From Podarcis filfolensis (lineage: Eukaryota), in NCBI GenBank assembly GCA_964270895.1, contig OZ185435.1: a stretch of DNA of 64,000 nt; one strand, written 5' to 3'. Below are positions 1 through 11,626 of this stretch, piece by piece (the first letter of the stretch is position 1; each line of letters starts with the position of its first letter). The translations under genes were made by a program, and so were the position numbers. The notes under the pieces are model-generated. The model was not told where the DNA came from, searched no databases, and saw only the letters and a program-made list of their open reading frames with translations.

Positions 1-1189
1 CAGTTGCCAGGCAGAACTCTTCCTGTCAGTCTTCTCCCATACAGGTATTCTAATGACTCTGTTCTCTTGGTTCTAACTCTAGGTGGGAGAACCAAGAGTT
101 TTTTAAAGAATAGATGCTCAGCCTAGTCCAGTGCTCAGCTGTGGTCCATAGGGACAAGCAGGAAGGAAACCCTGTGAATTTCCCCTCTCCAATGCAACAG
201 GGTGCTAGAGCTGGCACTTGCTTGGAGGCTCTAATAATTGAATTGAATTTTTAAAAGAGACCCATACCAGCTGTGCACACGCACATCAATCTTTAAGGAT
301 TATTTTGCCTTTCTCCCTTTTTCTCTTTTCCAAAATGGTGGCTATCAGTGCACTAAACATGAAGCCACCACAGGAAGGTTGTTTTTGTAAAAAAACAAAA
401 AACAAAACACTAGGCCTCGATTGCTAGAGGATGTTATGGGACTGAGTATCACGGCACCCTTCAGAACCAACTGAGTGTGCTGATCCCTCGCGTGTCTTGC
501 CCTCATGTGCCCAAATTACTATGAGGGGCCTAAGACGAAGGAGCAGTGGATTCTGGGATTCCAAACAGATGGCCTCAAATGAGGATTGCTGTTTGCTTCA
601 AAGCTTCAACTGCCAAGTCTGATGAGGAATTATGAGGTTGGGGATTCCCAGCCCAAAAGAATCATCAAACATCTATACAGTTATTCTGAAACCACCAGTT
701 CGGCTGGGGTGAGGAGGGAAGAGTTACAATCTAGAGGTACAAAGAGAAGGAATGGAGAGAGGGGTCCAAGAGCATTACAAAGGTGGGGGAAAGGTGATGA
801 TGCTATCACGACTGGGGGATCAAGAGATGCCCCTTGGGCAGTTTTCCTGCTTGTGTGTGTGGCGTGGCTGGGAAGGGGGGGGGGTTAACTGGATGTGGCA
901 GGTTTAACAGGATGCAGATGGAACAAACCTTAAGGTTAGCAGCAGTCAGATATACTAGGTGCCAGTATCTGGCCCTTGTTCATTCTCCCTCCCAGTGGGA
1001 TCAGCAGCAGCAGGGCTACCAACGGGTGGGGGGGGAGCGAAGGGCTGGGACCATCTTGGAAGGATCCCACATCACATCCCCCTCCCTGGCTGCCACATCT
1101 CCAACTCCGGCTGGAAGGGGCGACCTGGAATGCGGGGTTAAGGAAGGAAGGAGTCCTAGGAGATTGGGGGGGGTGTTGAGGGGCTCCCC

Positions 1190-1930
1190 CGTACCTGTCC
1201 CTTGCGCAGCTCGCTGTCCAGCGCCTGGTGCCGGTTGTGCCAGACGAGCAGGTGCAGGGGGAAGGCGTCTGTGATGCGGGCCATCCCGTCACCATGTCCC
1301 CGCGCCCGGCCGGGTCTCTGCTCCGATCCCTCTCTGCCCGAGGCCTTTCCGGGTGGCGGCGGCGGCGGCGCTTTCCCTCCTGCTCGGTTTTGCGCTGGGC
1401 CCCGCTGCGACGGTGGCGGCGGCTGCGCTCCCGGGAGGAGAGGCAGGCAGGCGGAGAGGGAGGGACGGCGGGGCGCACGCGCGGCCTGGCCGGGGTTCGC
1501 TCGCTGCGGCTCCCGGGGCCGACCCAGAGCCAGGGAGCGGCGGGGCTGGGGGAGAAGGGGCGGGCCTGCGGGGCGCAGGGAGGAGACAGCGGCGGCAGGG
1601 GCGCGGAAAGCTGGCCCAGGCACTTTTCCGGCCTCGCTCGCTCGCTCCCCGCTCCAGCCCACGCGAGAGGGCCACGCTCTGGGCGTCGAGGACAGGCAAC
1701 ACCCCTTGCGTCACCACCGGCAGCGGGAGGGAGCGGAGCCGGCCGCCTTGGGCAGCCTGCCTCCCTCGTCAGCCGCCAGGGGAAGCGGGCGGAGGCGAAA
1801 TTGCAGCCCCCGGCAGCAGGAGCCACGGCCTCCTCGGGGTCCGCAGTCCCCAGAAGGGTAGGCGATTGGGCCGGCTTGGCTCCGCTTGCTTGCTGGGGGC
1901 GGACGGGAAGGCTGAGGCTGCAGTCAGATA
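1190..1930 (-). promoter_or_regulatory. CpG island: ANKRD13D promoter and 5'UTR
   Basis: Very GC- and CpG-rich block around and upstream of the ANKRD13D start codon, with abrupt drop in CpG on both sides. Confidence 0.8.
1195..1284 (-). CDS. ANKRD13D: ANKRD13D coding exon 1 (gene continues left, out of the window)
   Basis: Encodes MARITDAFPLHLLVWHNRHQALDSELRKGQ (30 codons), then donor CAG|gtacgg. Resembles the human ANKRD13D N-terminus (MAGPGPTFPLHRLVWANRHRELEAALHSHQ). Lies in a CpG island downstream of GRK2, as in mammals. Confidence 0.9.
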
Positions 1931-1946
1931 TCCATTCACCCGAGAG

Positions 1947-2174
1947 GAACTGGAAGGGATCCCAAGGGTCATCTAGTCCATCCCCCTGCAGTGCAGGAAT
2001 CTCAGCTAGATCATACGTGACTGGTGGCCATCCAAGCTCTGCTTAAAAACCTCCCGAGGAAGGCGAGTCTACCACCTCACCTGGAGTCCGAACACCTTTT
2101 ACTGTCCGGAGGTTCTTCCTCGTGTTTAGTCAATATCTCCTTTCTTGCAACTTGAATCCATTGGTTTGGGGCCT
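1947..2174 (-). mobile_element. CR1 LINE 3' fragment
   Basis: Reverse complement of the CR1 3' end (ggaagggatcccaagggtcatctagtcca...); similar to copies at 13478 and 57901. Confidence 0.8.
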
Positions 2175-4156
2175 ATTAAGCTCTGCCGAGTTTACTTCTG
2201 AGTAGAGATATATGTAGGATCATGTTCAGTTAGAGAGCCTTCTTCCCCTTGCATCTTTTATTATTCAGGGAAATAAGAATCGCACCAGGAGGCGTTGCGG
2301 GTGGCTTCTGGTTAGTGGCGAGCTGAAACCTGGAGCTGCCTCCTACGCTAGTTCAATAAACTAGTGCACCTAAGCATATGCAGAGTGCACATTTCTCTAC
2401 TGAGTAGGAACAACCAGGACTCCAGCCAAGTTTCTTGAACCTCACACAACTCATTCTAGAAATTAAATTCTGTCCTACCAGTTCTAAATATGGACTATCC
2501 GCTGCTTTTTATTTAAAGTTGTTTTGTGTATGCATCTTTCAAGCCAGAATGATCTAGGACTGGGAAATCATTTCTAAAAACACATTCCTAGACATGTGCA
2601 TTCAGAAATGAGTCCCTCTGTGTTTAGTGGGTATTAGGTCACAGGTATTGGTCATCCAATATACCCCCTGGGAGTAAATCTTATTCAGCTCAGTGACGCT
2701 TAATTCTGAGTAGACATGGATATGATTATTGCACTAACAGTCTTTCAGGAATGGCTCCCTCAGGTTTTCACATGCAGGACCTGCTCTCTACCTGCTTGGG
2801 GAAGTGTTGCTTTGTTGCAGACTTGTTCAGTGGTTGAAGTAACAAAGTAGTTGGCACCCAGTTAAACCTGAATTTGTTTTCACCTGTCATGGAGTAAACA
2901 GGCCTTCCATGACTAGGCCTAGAAAAATGTAGCACAGGAAGTGTAGAGGAGGCACCTTTAAAACAGCAAGGCAACCTTTCCTTTGGAAAGGTTACTATTC
3001 CTTCTCAAGAGTCAAGAAACGTGCTCTGTGAATCATAAACCCTGCACCTCCAGTCATACACCCCAGCCTGTCTTTCTCTCCATTTTTGACAGAGAGGGGT
3101 TCCATTGGCTTTTAAGAGTTATGTGATGGGCAGAAATTCAACAGGGAAGCTTACTCCAACATGGCTTCCTTTAGATTGTGAAAAGCTCCCCATTACACTT
3201 CTGCCTCAAACAGATGCTATTAAATTATTATCAAATATTGTTAAGAGGGATGGGGAAATGGAATTCCACTGGGCCATGAAGGTCTTTTATGGAGAGAAAA
3301 GTATTCCAGCTGTTGTGTTAAGCTCCAGCCCAGCTGTGCTCAGTTTGTTTTGGTAAGTTCATTGAGACTCTTGTATCAGAAACAAGCAAGTCTTGTGGCA
3401 CCTTCAAGAATGATTTGTTGTGGCAGAAGCTTTCATGAACTAGCACGCACGACATCAGATGCATGAAGTGTTATCCTCAGTTGACAGATAATATATACAT
3501 GCACATAGCTGTAGAGGGGGAAATGTAAACAGTGGGTCAAAGAGGCTATAAAATGCAAAGGGTTGCAGCAGGTCTGTGACGTTTTTGTGCAGAGCTCAAA
3601 TGTATACAAGATAAGCACAGACTGGTGTACTCTCAGCAGCAGTCACTATAATCCTATTGATCTTTCTTTGCAGTTTATTGATGCTAGTGTTTTTAAGGTG
3701 TGTTTTTTTCCTTTTTGAGAGTTTTTGTAGTTCATGAAACCCCCCATATGGGTTCTATGGGAAGAGTGGGGCATGAATCATTTACTATGCAATGCTAATT
3801 CAGCACTTCCATAGCATGTTTGCAGGGGAGAACCACAGTCCCCATTAGGTCCAAATTGAACATAACTGAATTTAATGATAAATTCTAATTTAGCTATTTT
3901 ATGCTGGAGTATCCCTTATAAACCTTTTTTTTTGTGAAGCATGGCCATATTGAGGATATCAGAAATGTTCTCCCACCACTTTGTTTATCCTATGGGGACA
4001 GCAGAAGGACTTGGTTTGTTAGTGATGCACTATGTTATGTTGGAGCTTGAGACCCATAGGAGAGAGTTGGTTGGTTACCTATTATAATGCAAGAATTTCT
4101 TGACATATTTGTGTGTTTCCTACCAAAGATTCCTAAATGGATGCTTCAGTTTAGAG

Positions 4157-4294
4157 CAGGGGTGAGGAAACTTTGCTCCTCCAGATGTTACTGAACTACT
4201 ATTCCCATCAGCCTTGACTAATGGCCGTGCTGACTGGGGCTGATGGGAGATGTAGTTTAGCAACACCTGAAGAACCAAACATTTCTCCTCCTTG
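4157..4294. mobile_element. Hairpin hAT MITE, older copy
   Basis: caggggtgaggaaac start; palindromic arms (actactattcccatcagcc / ggctgatgggagatgtagt); degenerate 8-bp flanks gtttagag / ctccagag. Confidence 0.65.
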
Positions 4295-4639
4295 CTCCAG
4301 AGAAAGGAAACGGAGCACCCATATCACCATGGAAAAAACACAATCTGCATGCCTATGGTCCCAGCTACAGTCTCCAGTCTAAATGGTCTTGGGGTTGGAT
4401 TCTGCCATAGACCGGCCTTCCCCAACCTGGTGGGCTAAAGCTCCCACTATTGTGACAATTGGTCTTGTTGACTGGGGCTAATGGAGGCTGTAATCTTAAA
4501 ACACCTGGATTGGATACCAGCTTTGGAAAAGCTGGAGTAGACAACCCTGAGCCAGCAGCCCAACTCGATCTACGTCAGTGACACGTTTTACGCATTCTGG
4601 TGCCGAGAGCCACAGAAGAGCCTGCGTTTTTCTAAGCTT

Positions 4640-6593
4640 TGTGGGTTTTGGATTTTTTTATTATAAAAACAGTCTTTTTATCCCACTCATTAAAATCACA
4701 TTCAAAAATCGGCAAAAAATCCATAATAATAACCCAGAGAGACAAACCAGAGATCAATATTTACAAACACTGCAGGGAAAGGGGGGGGGGCTCCCGCTCT
4801 ACCCCTCCCCCTCCCAGGGCCAATCGCCTTGGGAGGAATTTGGGAGCCATGTAGCAGAACAGGCAAAAACTCATCACATGAGGCGGAGTGGGGGGGGGCA
4901 TGCAGCAGAGGCAATCGCATGCGCTTGGGGCATGACACCATGGGGATGAGAGACCTGATCCCCAACCGAAAGCCATCTACCCTTAACCCCTCTGTTAAAC
5001 CGCAGATGGAGGGAAGAGGAGGAGGGATACAGGATCAATTCAACCTGATATTTCTCCCCATCCTGTGGGAGAAACCGTAACACTGCTAGGGGAAGGGGAG
5101 GTGGTGGGTGGGGGGAGCTGTTAATACAGAGGGATACTGGAAGGGAGGGGCAGAATGGGCCTAGTTTTTCCACACCCAGCCAGGCCCCCCCTTGGCACAA
5201 AGATATTTACAGAATCCTTCAGACACTTGGGACTTGGCACAGGGCCTCATCCAGGCCGAGCTTCCAGTGACCGCACCCCCCACTCCCCCCACTCCAGGCT
5301 CAGCCCAGAGAGGCCCTGAGAGCAGAGGGGCCAGGCAGCTCAGAAATCTCTTTTGGCATGAAACCTGCTGCCCCTCCCCTCTTTCCACAGCAAAGCAAGA
5401 TGGGCATTTGGCAGTAGAGACAGCAGAGCAAGAGGCAGTTCTCATTCCACTCCAAGGAGAAGATTCAGAGGCAATAGTACAGAGACTGGGCAAGCCAAAC
5501 GCAAGGAGCTTGTCCAGATTCGGCCCCAGGGAGTACGACTTTTTGCAGACTCCACAGGGCCAACTGGGAAGGGCACAACAATAATCTTGAAATTTGGCAC
5601 AGTTGATAAGAGAATGCCTGGGAGAGCAGGGTGGCAAGAGGCAGAGGGCAGGCCACAACTCTGAGGCGGCAGCAAGAGCAGCAGCAGCAGCCGCTGCCCC
5701 AGGTCAGGAATTCAGGATTTGGAATGGCAATTGGCGGGACCAGAAGAGGGTGGTAGGGAAGGATTCAGGACGTGAACTCAGGGACGAAGGGAAGAGAACA
5801 GAAGAGGAGCAAGCCTTCATTTTTTGTTAGACATTTTCGTTACAGTGTTAGAGTTTCAAGGCAATTCCTTATCACACTCTAGAGTGCAAACCCAGCCAAT
5901 GCTGAAGGGGATTGCTTATGGCACAGTGGCTGCCTAGCCGATATTCTGTGAGTGACGGGCGGCGGGAAATACACTCTTTTGAGCTATCCAATCTACGCCA
6001 GAACCAGGGCGCCCTTTCTGCAGGGGGCCTGCTGTGGAACCGTACGCCAGAGCCTGGCGCTGGAAAGAAAACGGGCTGGGAACACAGGTTGTGCCGATGC
6101 GTCTCCACCTCAGCTGATGTGAAGGGACTCACTCACCTGAGAGGACATGCCCTGCCAGCCACTCCATGGGGAGCAAGGCCTAAGCCAGCAGGCTCTCTCG
6201 TGAGTGCGCTAGCGCATGTCTGGCAGCCACAGGGGAGGAAGCAGGGAGGACACAAGATGTGTGGCACACCTCAGGGCATCTCCTTCCATTGGTCCTATTT
6301 AGAGGCAGGGCTTTAATCCCAGCTTTCCTTCGTGGGGGGCAGGGGGGGTAGACGCTCATCCACCTTGCCATCCAGGCTCCTTCCCCTCGAATGGGTATTG
6401 GTCCCCCTGTGCTGGGGGATGGGGAGAGGGAAGTCTGTCCCACACCTTCTGGATGCCCCACCCCCTCACTATAATACCCCAGGGGGCTGGGGTGGACATC
6501 ACAATGATCAGCGAAAGGAGACAGGAGAGAGGGTGGGGATGGTGGACAAACCCAGCCAAATAAATTAAGGATGGGAGAGGAAGTCAAGGAGGG
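4640..6593 (-). other. GRK2: GRK2 3'UTR (about 1.95 kb; distal end approximate)
   Basis: Runs from the TGA stop (6594-6596) to an AATAAA at 4657-4662 preceded by U-rich sequence. Confidence 0.65.
4657..4662 (-). terminator. Candidate GRK2 polyadenylation signal (AATAAA)
   Basis: Minus strand reads gactgtttttatAATAAAaaaatcc; first AATAAA I found downstream of the stop codon. Confidence 0.6.
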
Positions 6594-6764
6594 TCAGAGG
6601 CCGTTGGTGCTGCTGCTGCTGCGCTGGAGCAGAGGGACCTTGCTGAGCTCCACCACCGGAGAGCGCGGCTTGTGTTTCATTTTGGGCACCCTCTGCAGCA
6701 GCTGCTGGGCTTCCTGGTAGGCTTCGCGCAGCTCCTTCTTCCATTGCACCAACTCCGGATCGCT
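6594..6764 (-). CDS. GRK2: GRK2 exon 21 (end of PH domain, C-tail, stop)
   Basis: cag|[56 protein letters not shown]; 171 nt. The [11 protein letters not shown] tail is GRK2-type; W643 and S670 are present. Confidence 0.97.
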   Translation of the reverse strand, partial: SDPELVQWKKELREAYQEAQQLLQRVPKMKHKPRSPVVELSKVPLLQRSSSSTNGL

Positions 6765-7841
6765 CTGGAGGAGGAAAGGCAAGGGATTAGCATGAGGGCC
6801 CCCTAGAATACAAAGGAGACAGCTTTCAAGGCAGCAGCCATTATTTTGCTCAGGGCAGGAGAGGGTATCAATCGCCTTGGACCTTACAATCGGCTTGGGA
6901 GTGGTGCTGCCATAACTGGTTGGTGCCCAGTTGGCACTTACTTAGGACAGGGCCTTCTGAGTGGTGGCTCCGGGTTTATGGAATACCCTCCCTGGCGAGA
7001 TGCATCCATCTCCCTCATTACTAAGGTTTGGGAGCAACTTATAAACATTCCTGTTTAACCAGGCCTATGACGGCTGGAAGATACTGTTCTTGGCAACCTT
7101 GACGTTAGCACTGCAAGCATGAGATTGTTTTTAAATGTTCTAAACGTTGTCAGAAAACAACCACCAGACTAAAATTCTGGAAGCTGTGTACAAATGGTTA
7201 ATGCTTTCAGGCATTATTTCCTAATGGCACCTCTCTGTGCCAGCCCATTAGCACCAATACTTTCTCTCTGTCGAGAAGGAATAGGAAGCCAGAGGTAAAG
7301 AGTTTCTCAGCACAGCTCCTGATCATAAGGAGCCACTTGTTGTTCACCTAAGATGTTTTTCTCCTGCATGGACCAATACCCAGGCAAAAGGCTCTTTAAT
7401 CCCTACACATATTACTTGTATTGATTTCCTCTTATGCATCACAACTGCTCAGTCACATTTGCCTGTCACTTGGCTTACGCATGAAAGCCAGAGTTCAGGG
7501 GCACAATATAGGGCAGACTGCCAAAGCCCCTATGACTGCTCATACTGGAGCAGAGAGGGGTTAAAGAGGTGCTTGCCTGTATATGGGGTCCTGTGGGAGT
7601 GAGACAATGGACGCAATTTATCATTATAAAAACATATAGATTCCTGAGTACTATAGCTCTATCAACAGTGCAGCATGAGAGGGAGAAGAGGTGCCTTTGA
7701 AAGGTCAAGGCAGAGGCACCCAATTTTTGGGATGCTAGCTAGGCTGTCTGCAGTAGGACCATCACAGCGACAGTGAGGGACACCTCAGCAAAAATGAAGG
7801 CTTTTAAAAATGAACTAAATAGCACAAATTTAATCGTCAAG

Positions 7842-8081
7842 CTGCCAACCTAGCAGTTTGAAAGCACGTCAAAGTGCAAGTAGATCAATAGGTACCGCTC
7901 CGGCGGGAATGTAAACGGCGTTTCCGTGTGCTACTCTGGTTCGCCAGAAGCGGCTTAGTCATGCTGGCCACATGACCCGGAAGCTGTACGCCGGCTCCCT
8001 CGGCCAATAAAGCGAGATGAGCGCCGCAACCCCAGAGTTGACCACGACTGGACCTAATGGTCAGGGGTCCCTTTACCTTTA
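7842..8081 (+). mobile_element. Sauria SINE, 5'-truncated
   Basis: ctgccaacctagcagtttgaaagcacgtcaaagtgcaagtagat...ggggtccctttaccttta, with the characteristic (ACCTTT)n tail. Confidence 0.9.
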
Positions 8082-9269
8082 ATCATCAATTTATTTCGGG
8101 TCTAGGTATGTGTGTGTATCCACTCTTGAGGATGGCTTTGGCCCATGGGTTAGCTACCCCGCTATACAAACTTGCCTGGGGAAAAGAAAACCCCACTGAA
8201 TTAGTGGGGCCTACTTCAGAGTAGGCAAGTTTAGGATTGCACTGCAGATGGGTTTTCCAGCAAAGGGATAAACCTCTTGCACCCACGCAAGTCCTTGCCT
8301 CCCAATACAATAACACACTCTACTCCAACTCCTTGAGGCTTGAACAACTTCTAAGAGAATTATGCAGCTTCAGCTATATTCTGTACATCTGATGAATACA
8401 TATAATTATTCTGGTTGTAGAGAAATTTCTTCCCCTTTTGATGCAAAGCACACACCGCCCTATTTATAGTCTTCTAAAATGTGAACTAGCTTTCTTAACT
8501 GAACAGGACATTTCTCCCCCATAGATTGAGAAGGGGCTCACCCTCCTCCAGTAGCCTGTAGGGGACCTCGTGACCATAGAATTCAAGAAATCACAGAACA
8601 GGAAGGGAACACAGGCCATCGAGTTAAATAGGGAGAACAGGAAGCACAACTGTTTTACACTTCCTGTTTCTGCTCTGTCATCTCACTCTTATCTCCTCTT
8701 TTGGCTCTCCTAAGCTGTCCCCACACTTGCTCACCCCCTTGTGAGGGTGGACTTGAAAAGATCTGTTTCAGATTTGAATGAGAAACAAACACAAGAGCTA
8801 CAAGATACTTGTGCCTCTGATTCATCTTACACCTGAGGGTTCAAATTTGATTCAACTGCAATAAAGGACCATCAATCCTTCCCCTGATCTCATCTGACCT
8901 ACCAAATCAAGAATACAACTTCAGAAAGGCGTTGGTCTAATACCTCCAAGTGACTAAAACAAGCTGCAAACTTCAGGAATGTAAGCAAGCCCCCTCCACT
9001 ATCGATCTATCCTGGCAGGATGAAGGCACCGTGGGTGTTTCCTTTGTCAGAGAAATTTGTCATTTGCCCACCTTGGATGGAGTTGCTCTCTTCTTGAAGG
9101 GGCAGGCACACAATTTTTGATCGCTTCTGGTACCCTAAGGAGCTAGAAGCACCTTTTACCAGCTGCACATGGTATGACAGCTATGGTCGTTCCTGGACCA
9201 GGAGAGCTTAATCACAGGCACTGTTGACTTCAAGGCTGAATTACTGCTGCAATGTACTCTATGTGGACC

Positions 9270-9870
9270 TTCCCATGTGCTTGATCCAGAAATTGCAGTT
9301 AGTGCAGAATGCTGCAGCATGGCTGCTGACTGGAGAGAGATCCTGCCATCATATTACACCTCTGTTCTGAGATCTGCACTGGTTGCTGATTTGTTACCAT
9401 TCAAGGTGTTACTATTTATATATAAAGCCTTTAACAGCTTGGGAATACAGTGGTACCTCTGGTTACGAACTTAATTCGTTCTGGAGGTCCGTTCTTAACC
9501 TGAAACCGTTCTTAACCTGAGGTACCACATTAGCTAATGGGGCCTCCTGCTGCCGCCGCCACGTGATTTCTGGTCTCATCCTGAGGTAAAGTTCTTAACC
9601 TGAGGTACTACTTCCAGGTTAGCAGAGTCTGTAACCCGAAGTGTTTGTAACCTGAGGTGTTTGTAACCCGAGGTACCACTGTAGTCTACTTTGCTTCAAT
9701 CTGTGGAACTGGCACCATTACAGGTGTCACATAAAGCCCTTTATAAGAAATTGCTCTTTCAGTGTGGCAGTACTCAACCCTTTGGAACTCCCTGCTTATT
9801 GACATCAGGCTGCATTCTTTTCAGCGCTTGCTTAACATAGTTTTGTTTAGGCAAGCCTGGCCAAACATGT
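9270..9870 (+). mobile_element. L2-clade LINE 3' fragment, interrupted by the MITE at 9448-9681
   Basis: Translates to L2 ORF2 C-terminal-like FKVLLFIYKAFNSLG. After the MITE it resumes with a degenerate ctttcagtgtggcagtac...tttggaactccctgc (RAFSVAAP.LWNSLP-like). Confidence 0.65.
9448..9681. mobile_element. pogo/Tigger-like Tc1/mariner MITE
   Basis: TIRs CAGTGGTACCTC / GAGGTACCACTG; TA on both sides (9446-47, 9682-83); internal repeats of ttcttaacctgag. Confidence 0.88.
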
Positions 9871-9934
9871 AGAATGTGACCTCAGCTGGATTTTTATTAA
9901 TCCCAGGTACAGAAATAAGACCATGAACTAGTGT

Positions 9935-10291
9935 AGGTAAAGGTAAAGGACCCCTAACAGTTAAGTCCAGTCGCAAATGACTCTGGAGTTGCGGTGCTCA
10001 TCACGCTTTACTGGCCGAGGGAGCCGACGTTTGTCCACAGACAGTTTTTCCGGGTCATGTGGCCAGCATAACTAAGCCGCTTCTGGCGAAACCAGAGCAG
10101 CGCACAGAAACGCCTTTTACCTTCCCACTGGAGCAGTACCTATTTATCTACTTGCACTTTGACGTGCTTTCAAACTGCTAGGTTGGCAGGAGCTGGGACC
10201 GAGCAACGGGAGCTCACCCCGTCGTGGGGATTCAAACCGCTGACCTTCCAATCGGCAAGCCCTAGGCTCAGTGGTTTAGACCACAGTGCCA
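9935..10291 (-). mobile_element. Sauria SINE, near full length
   Basis: Tail aggtaaaggtaaagg at left; tRNA-derived head with box B (ggggattcaaacc on +) at right. Confidence 0.9.
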
Positions 10292-10299
10292 TGAAATCA

Positions 10300-10500
10300 G
10301 GAAGCCTCAGGTTGTAATTTTGCCTCCGCCATGTATTCACTGGGTGGGGTTTTGCAAGCAAAGTTCTCTCTCAGCTTCAGCCCACCCATCCACCCATTTG
10401 CACTATGGGGACAACAATGGTCCCCTGTCTTATAAAGGCCTTGTAAGAATCACTGAGATAATATACGTGAAACACTTCAAACAGTCAAGATGTGCTATAT
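10300..10500 (+). mobile_element. Degenerate MIR/CORE-like SINE
   Basis: ctatggggacaacaat...gtaagaatcactgagataatatacgtgaaacactt resembles the CORE-SINE body and tail. Confidence 0.5.
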
Positions 10501-10627
10501 TATCCTAAGTCCTGTCCAGTCATCAAACCATGCCAAGGGAAATTGGGGGCTGCCCATCAGCAATTTTTGGCAACCTCGCTACTTTTTGGACTTTCTTCTA
10601 GGAGAGGCGATGTGAGGAAAAACTCAC

Positions 10628-10741
10628 GTCACACTGCAGGACAAACTGCTTGCCACCCCGGATCTTTAGGAGGATGCACTTTCGATCCTTTATCTGTGTC
10701 TCCTCAACAGTCTGGATCTCTTCCATGGTGAGCAGCGACTG
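10628..10741 (-). CDS. GRK2: GRK2 exon 20 (PH domain)
   Basis: cag|[38 protein letters not shown]|gtgagt; 114 nt. Confidence 0.97.
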
Positions 10742-11015
10742 CTGTTGTAGGGTCCAAAACATCTTTGGTCAAAGAAAGAGCCACTTATATAACCCCAGGT
10801 TAAACATGCATTCTACATCCCTTGCCCACCTCCACATAATCCCATCCTCCAGGCACTGCAATCAATGCCTAATCCTACTCCTGCCCAGCCCCGCCCCAAA
10901 CCCATATGAGACAAACCTAGGCTCTCACACTTGTATATAGCAAGACACTCCACCCTCACCCCAAACCTGCCATTTCCCCCTCCCCTCCTTCCTTAGAGGA
11001 AAGATCTCCTCTTAC

Positions 11016-11152
11016 CGGGGATTCTCCTTCTCCACGCCACTCCAACCGATTTGGGAAGAGGTAGAAGTACCGCCTCTGCCACTGCGTGAGGAAAGGGTTC
11101 CCCAGTTTTGACATGTAGCCGTGCATGATGCAGTCCTTGCCCAGGGCATAAT
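11016..11152 (-). CDS. GRK2: GRK2 exon 19 (PH domain)
   Basis: (D)[45 protein letters not shown]|gtaag; 137 nt; includes R587. Confidence 0.97.
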
Positions 11153-11463
11153 CTGTGTACGGGAATGGCAAAGAGAAGAGCATCAAGGACAGGGAAAAAC
11201 AAAACAAAACCCCCCACAAGAAACAAAACAAGGAGACACCAAAGGGAACAGTTCAGGGGGAAACAACCCAAGTCATCCAGCCATGTCTTCTCTCCATAGT
11301 GGGTGTTGCAGCAAAGAGTTTCCAAAAGCAGGTGCCCCAGCAAACTGGATTCTGGCAGGCAGAGCTGGCTGGCAATGGCGGCTGAGGAGGACTTGGTCCT
11401 GGAGCAGAGCTAGCCTGAATGAGGAAACCCACTGCCACTTGTCCTACCAGTCCTGGGTCTCAC

Positions 11464-11626
11464 CTTCCTCGTGGCCCAACTGCTTGTTCTTGGCTCTTTT
11501 GCGAGCCTCCAGCTTGTCAGTCTCGGCGTTGACTGTGTCAAAGACCGTCTCTGTCACCTCCTGCTGCCAACGCTCCGAGATGGTGAGTGGAAAGTTGCGA
11601 TAGAGCTCCTGGTCACTGTCCAACAG
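11464..11626 (-). CDS. GRK2: GRK2 exon 18
   Basis: [54 protein letters not shown]; 163 nt; ag/gtgag boundaries. Confidence 0.97.

Noticed and set aside
942-1931. 12-nt direct repeat gcagtcagatat at 942-953 and 1920-1931 flanking the ANKRD13D CpG island
   Set aside because: Single short match enclosing a genuine gene exon; no element termini, so not treated as a TSD.
936-2046. Long overlapping ORFs (207-296 aa) on both strands
   Set aside because: Low-complexity Pro/Arg/Gly/Ala products expected from a stop-poor CpG island; only the 30-codon ANKRD13D exon has homology and a splice donor.
4578-6587. 60-165 aa ORFs in the GRK2 3'UTR
   Set aside because: No homology or codon bias; expected in a GC-rich UTR.
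9448-9681. Short repeated units (ttcttaacctgag, tgtaacc(c/t)ga) resembling a CRISPR-like array
   Set aside because: They are internal repeats of a TA-flanked MITE in eukaryotic DNA; spacing is irregular and there are no cas genes.
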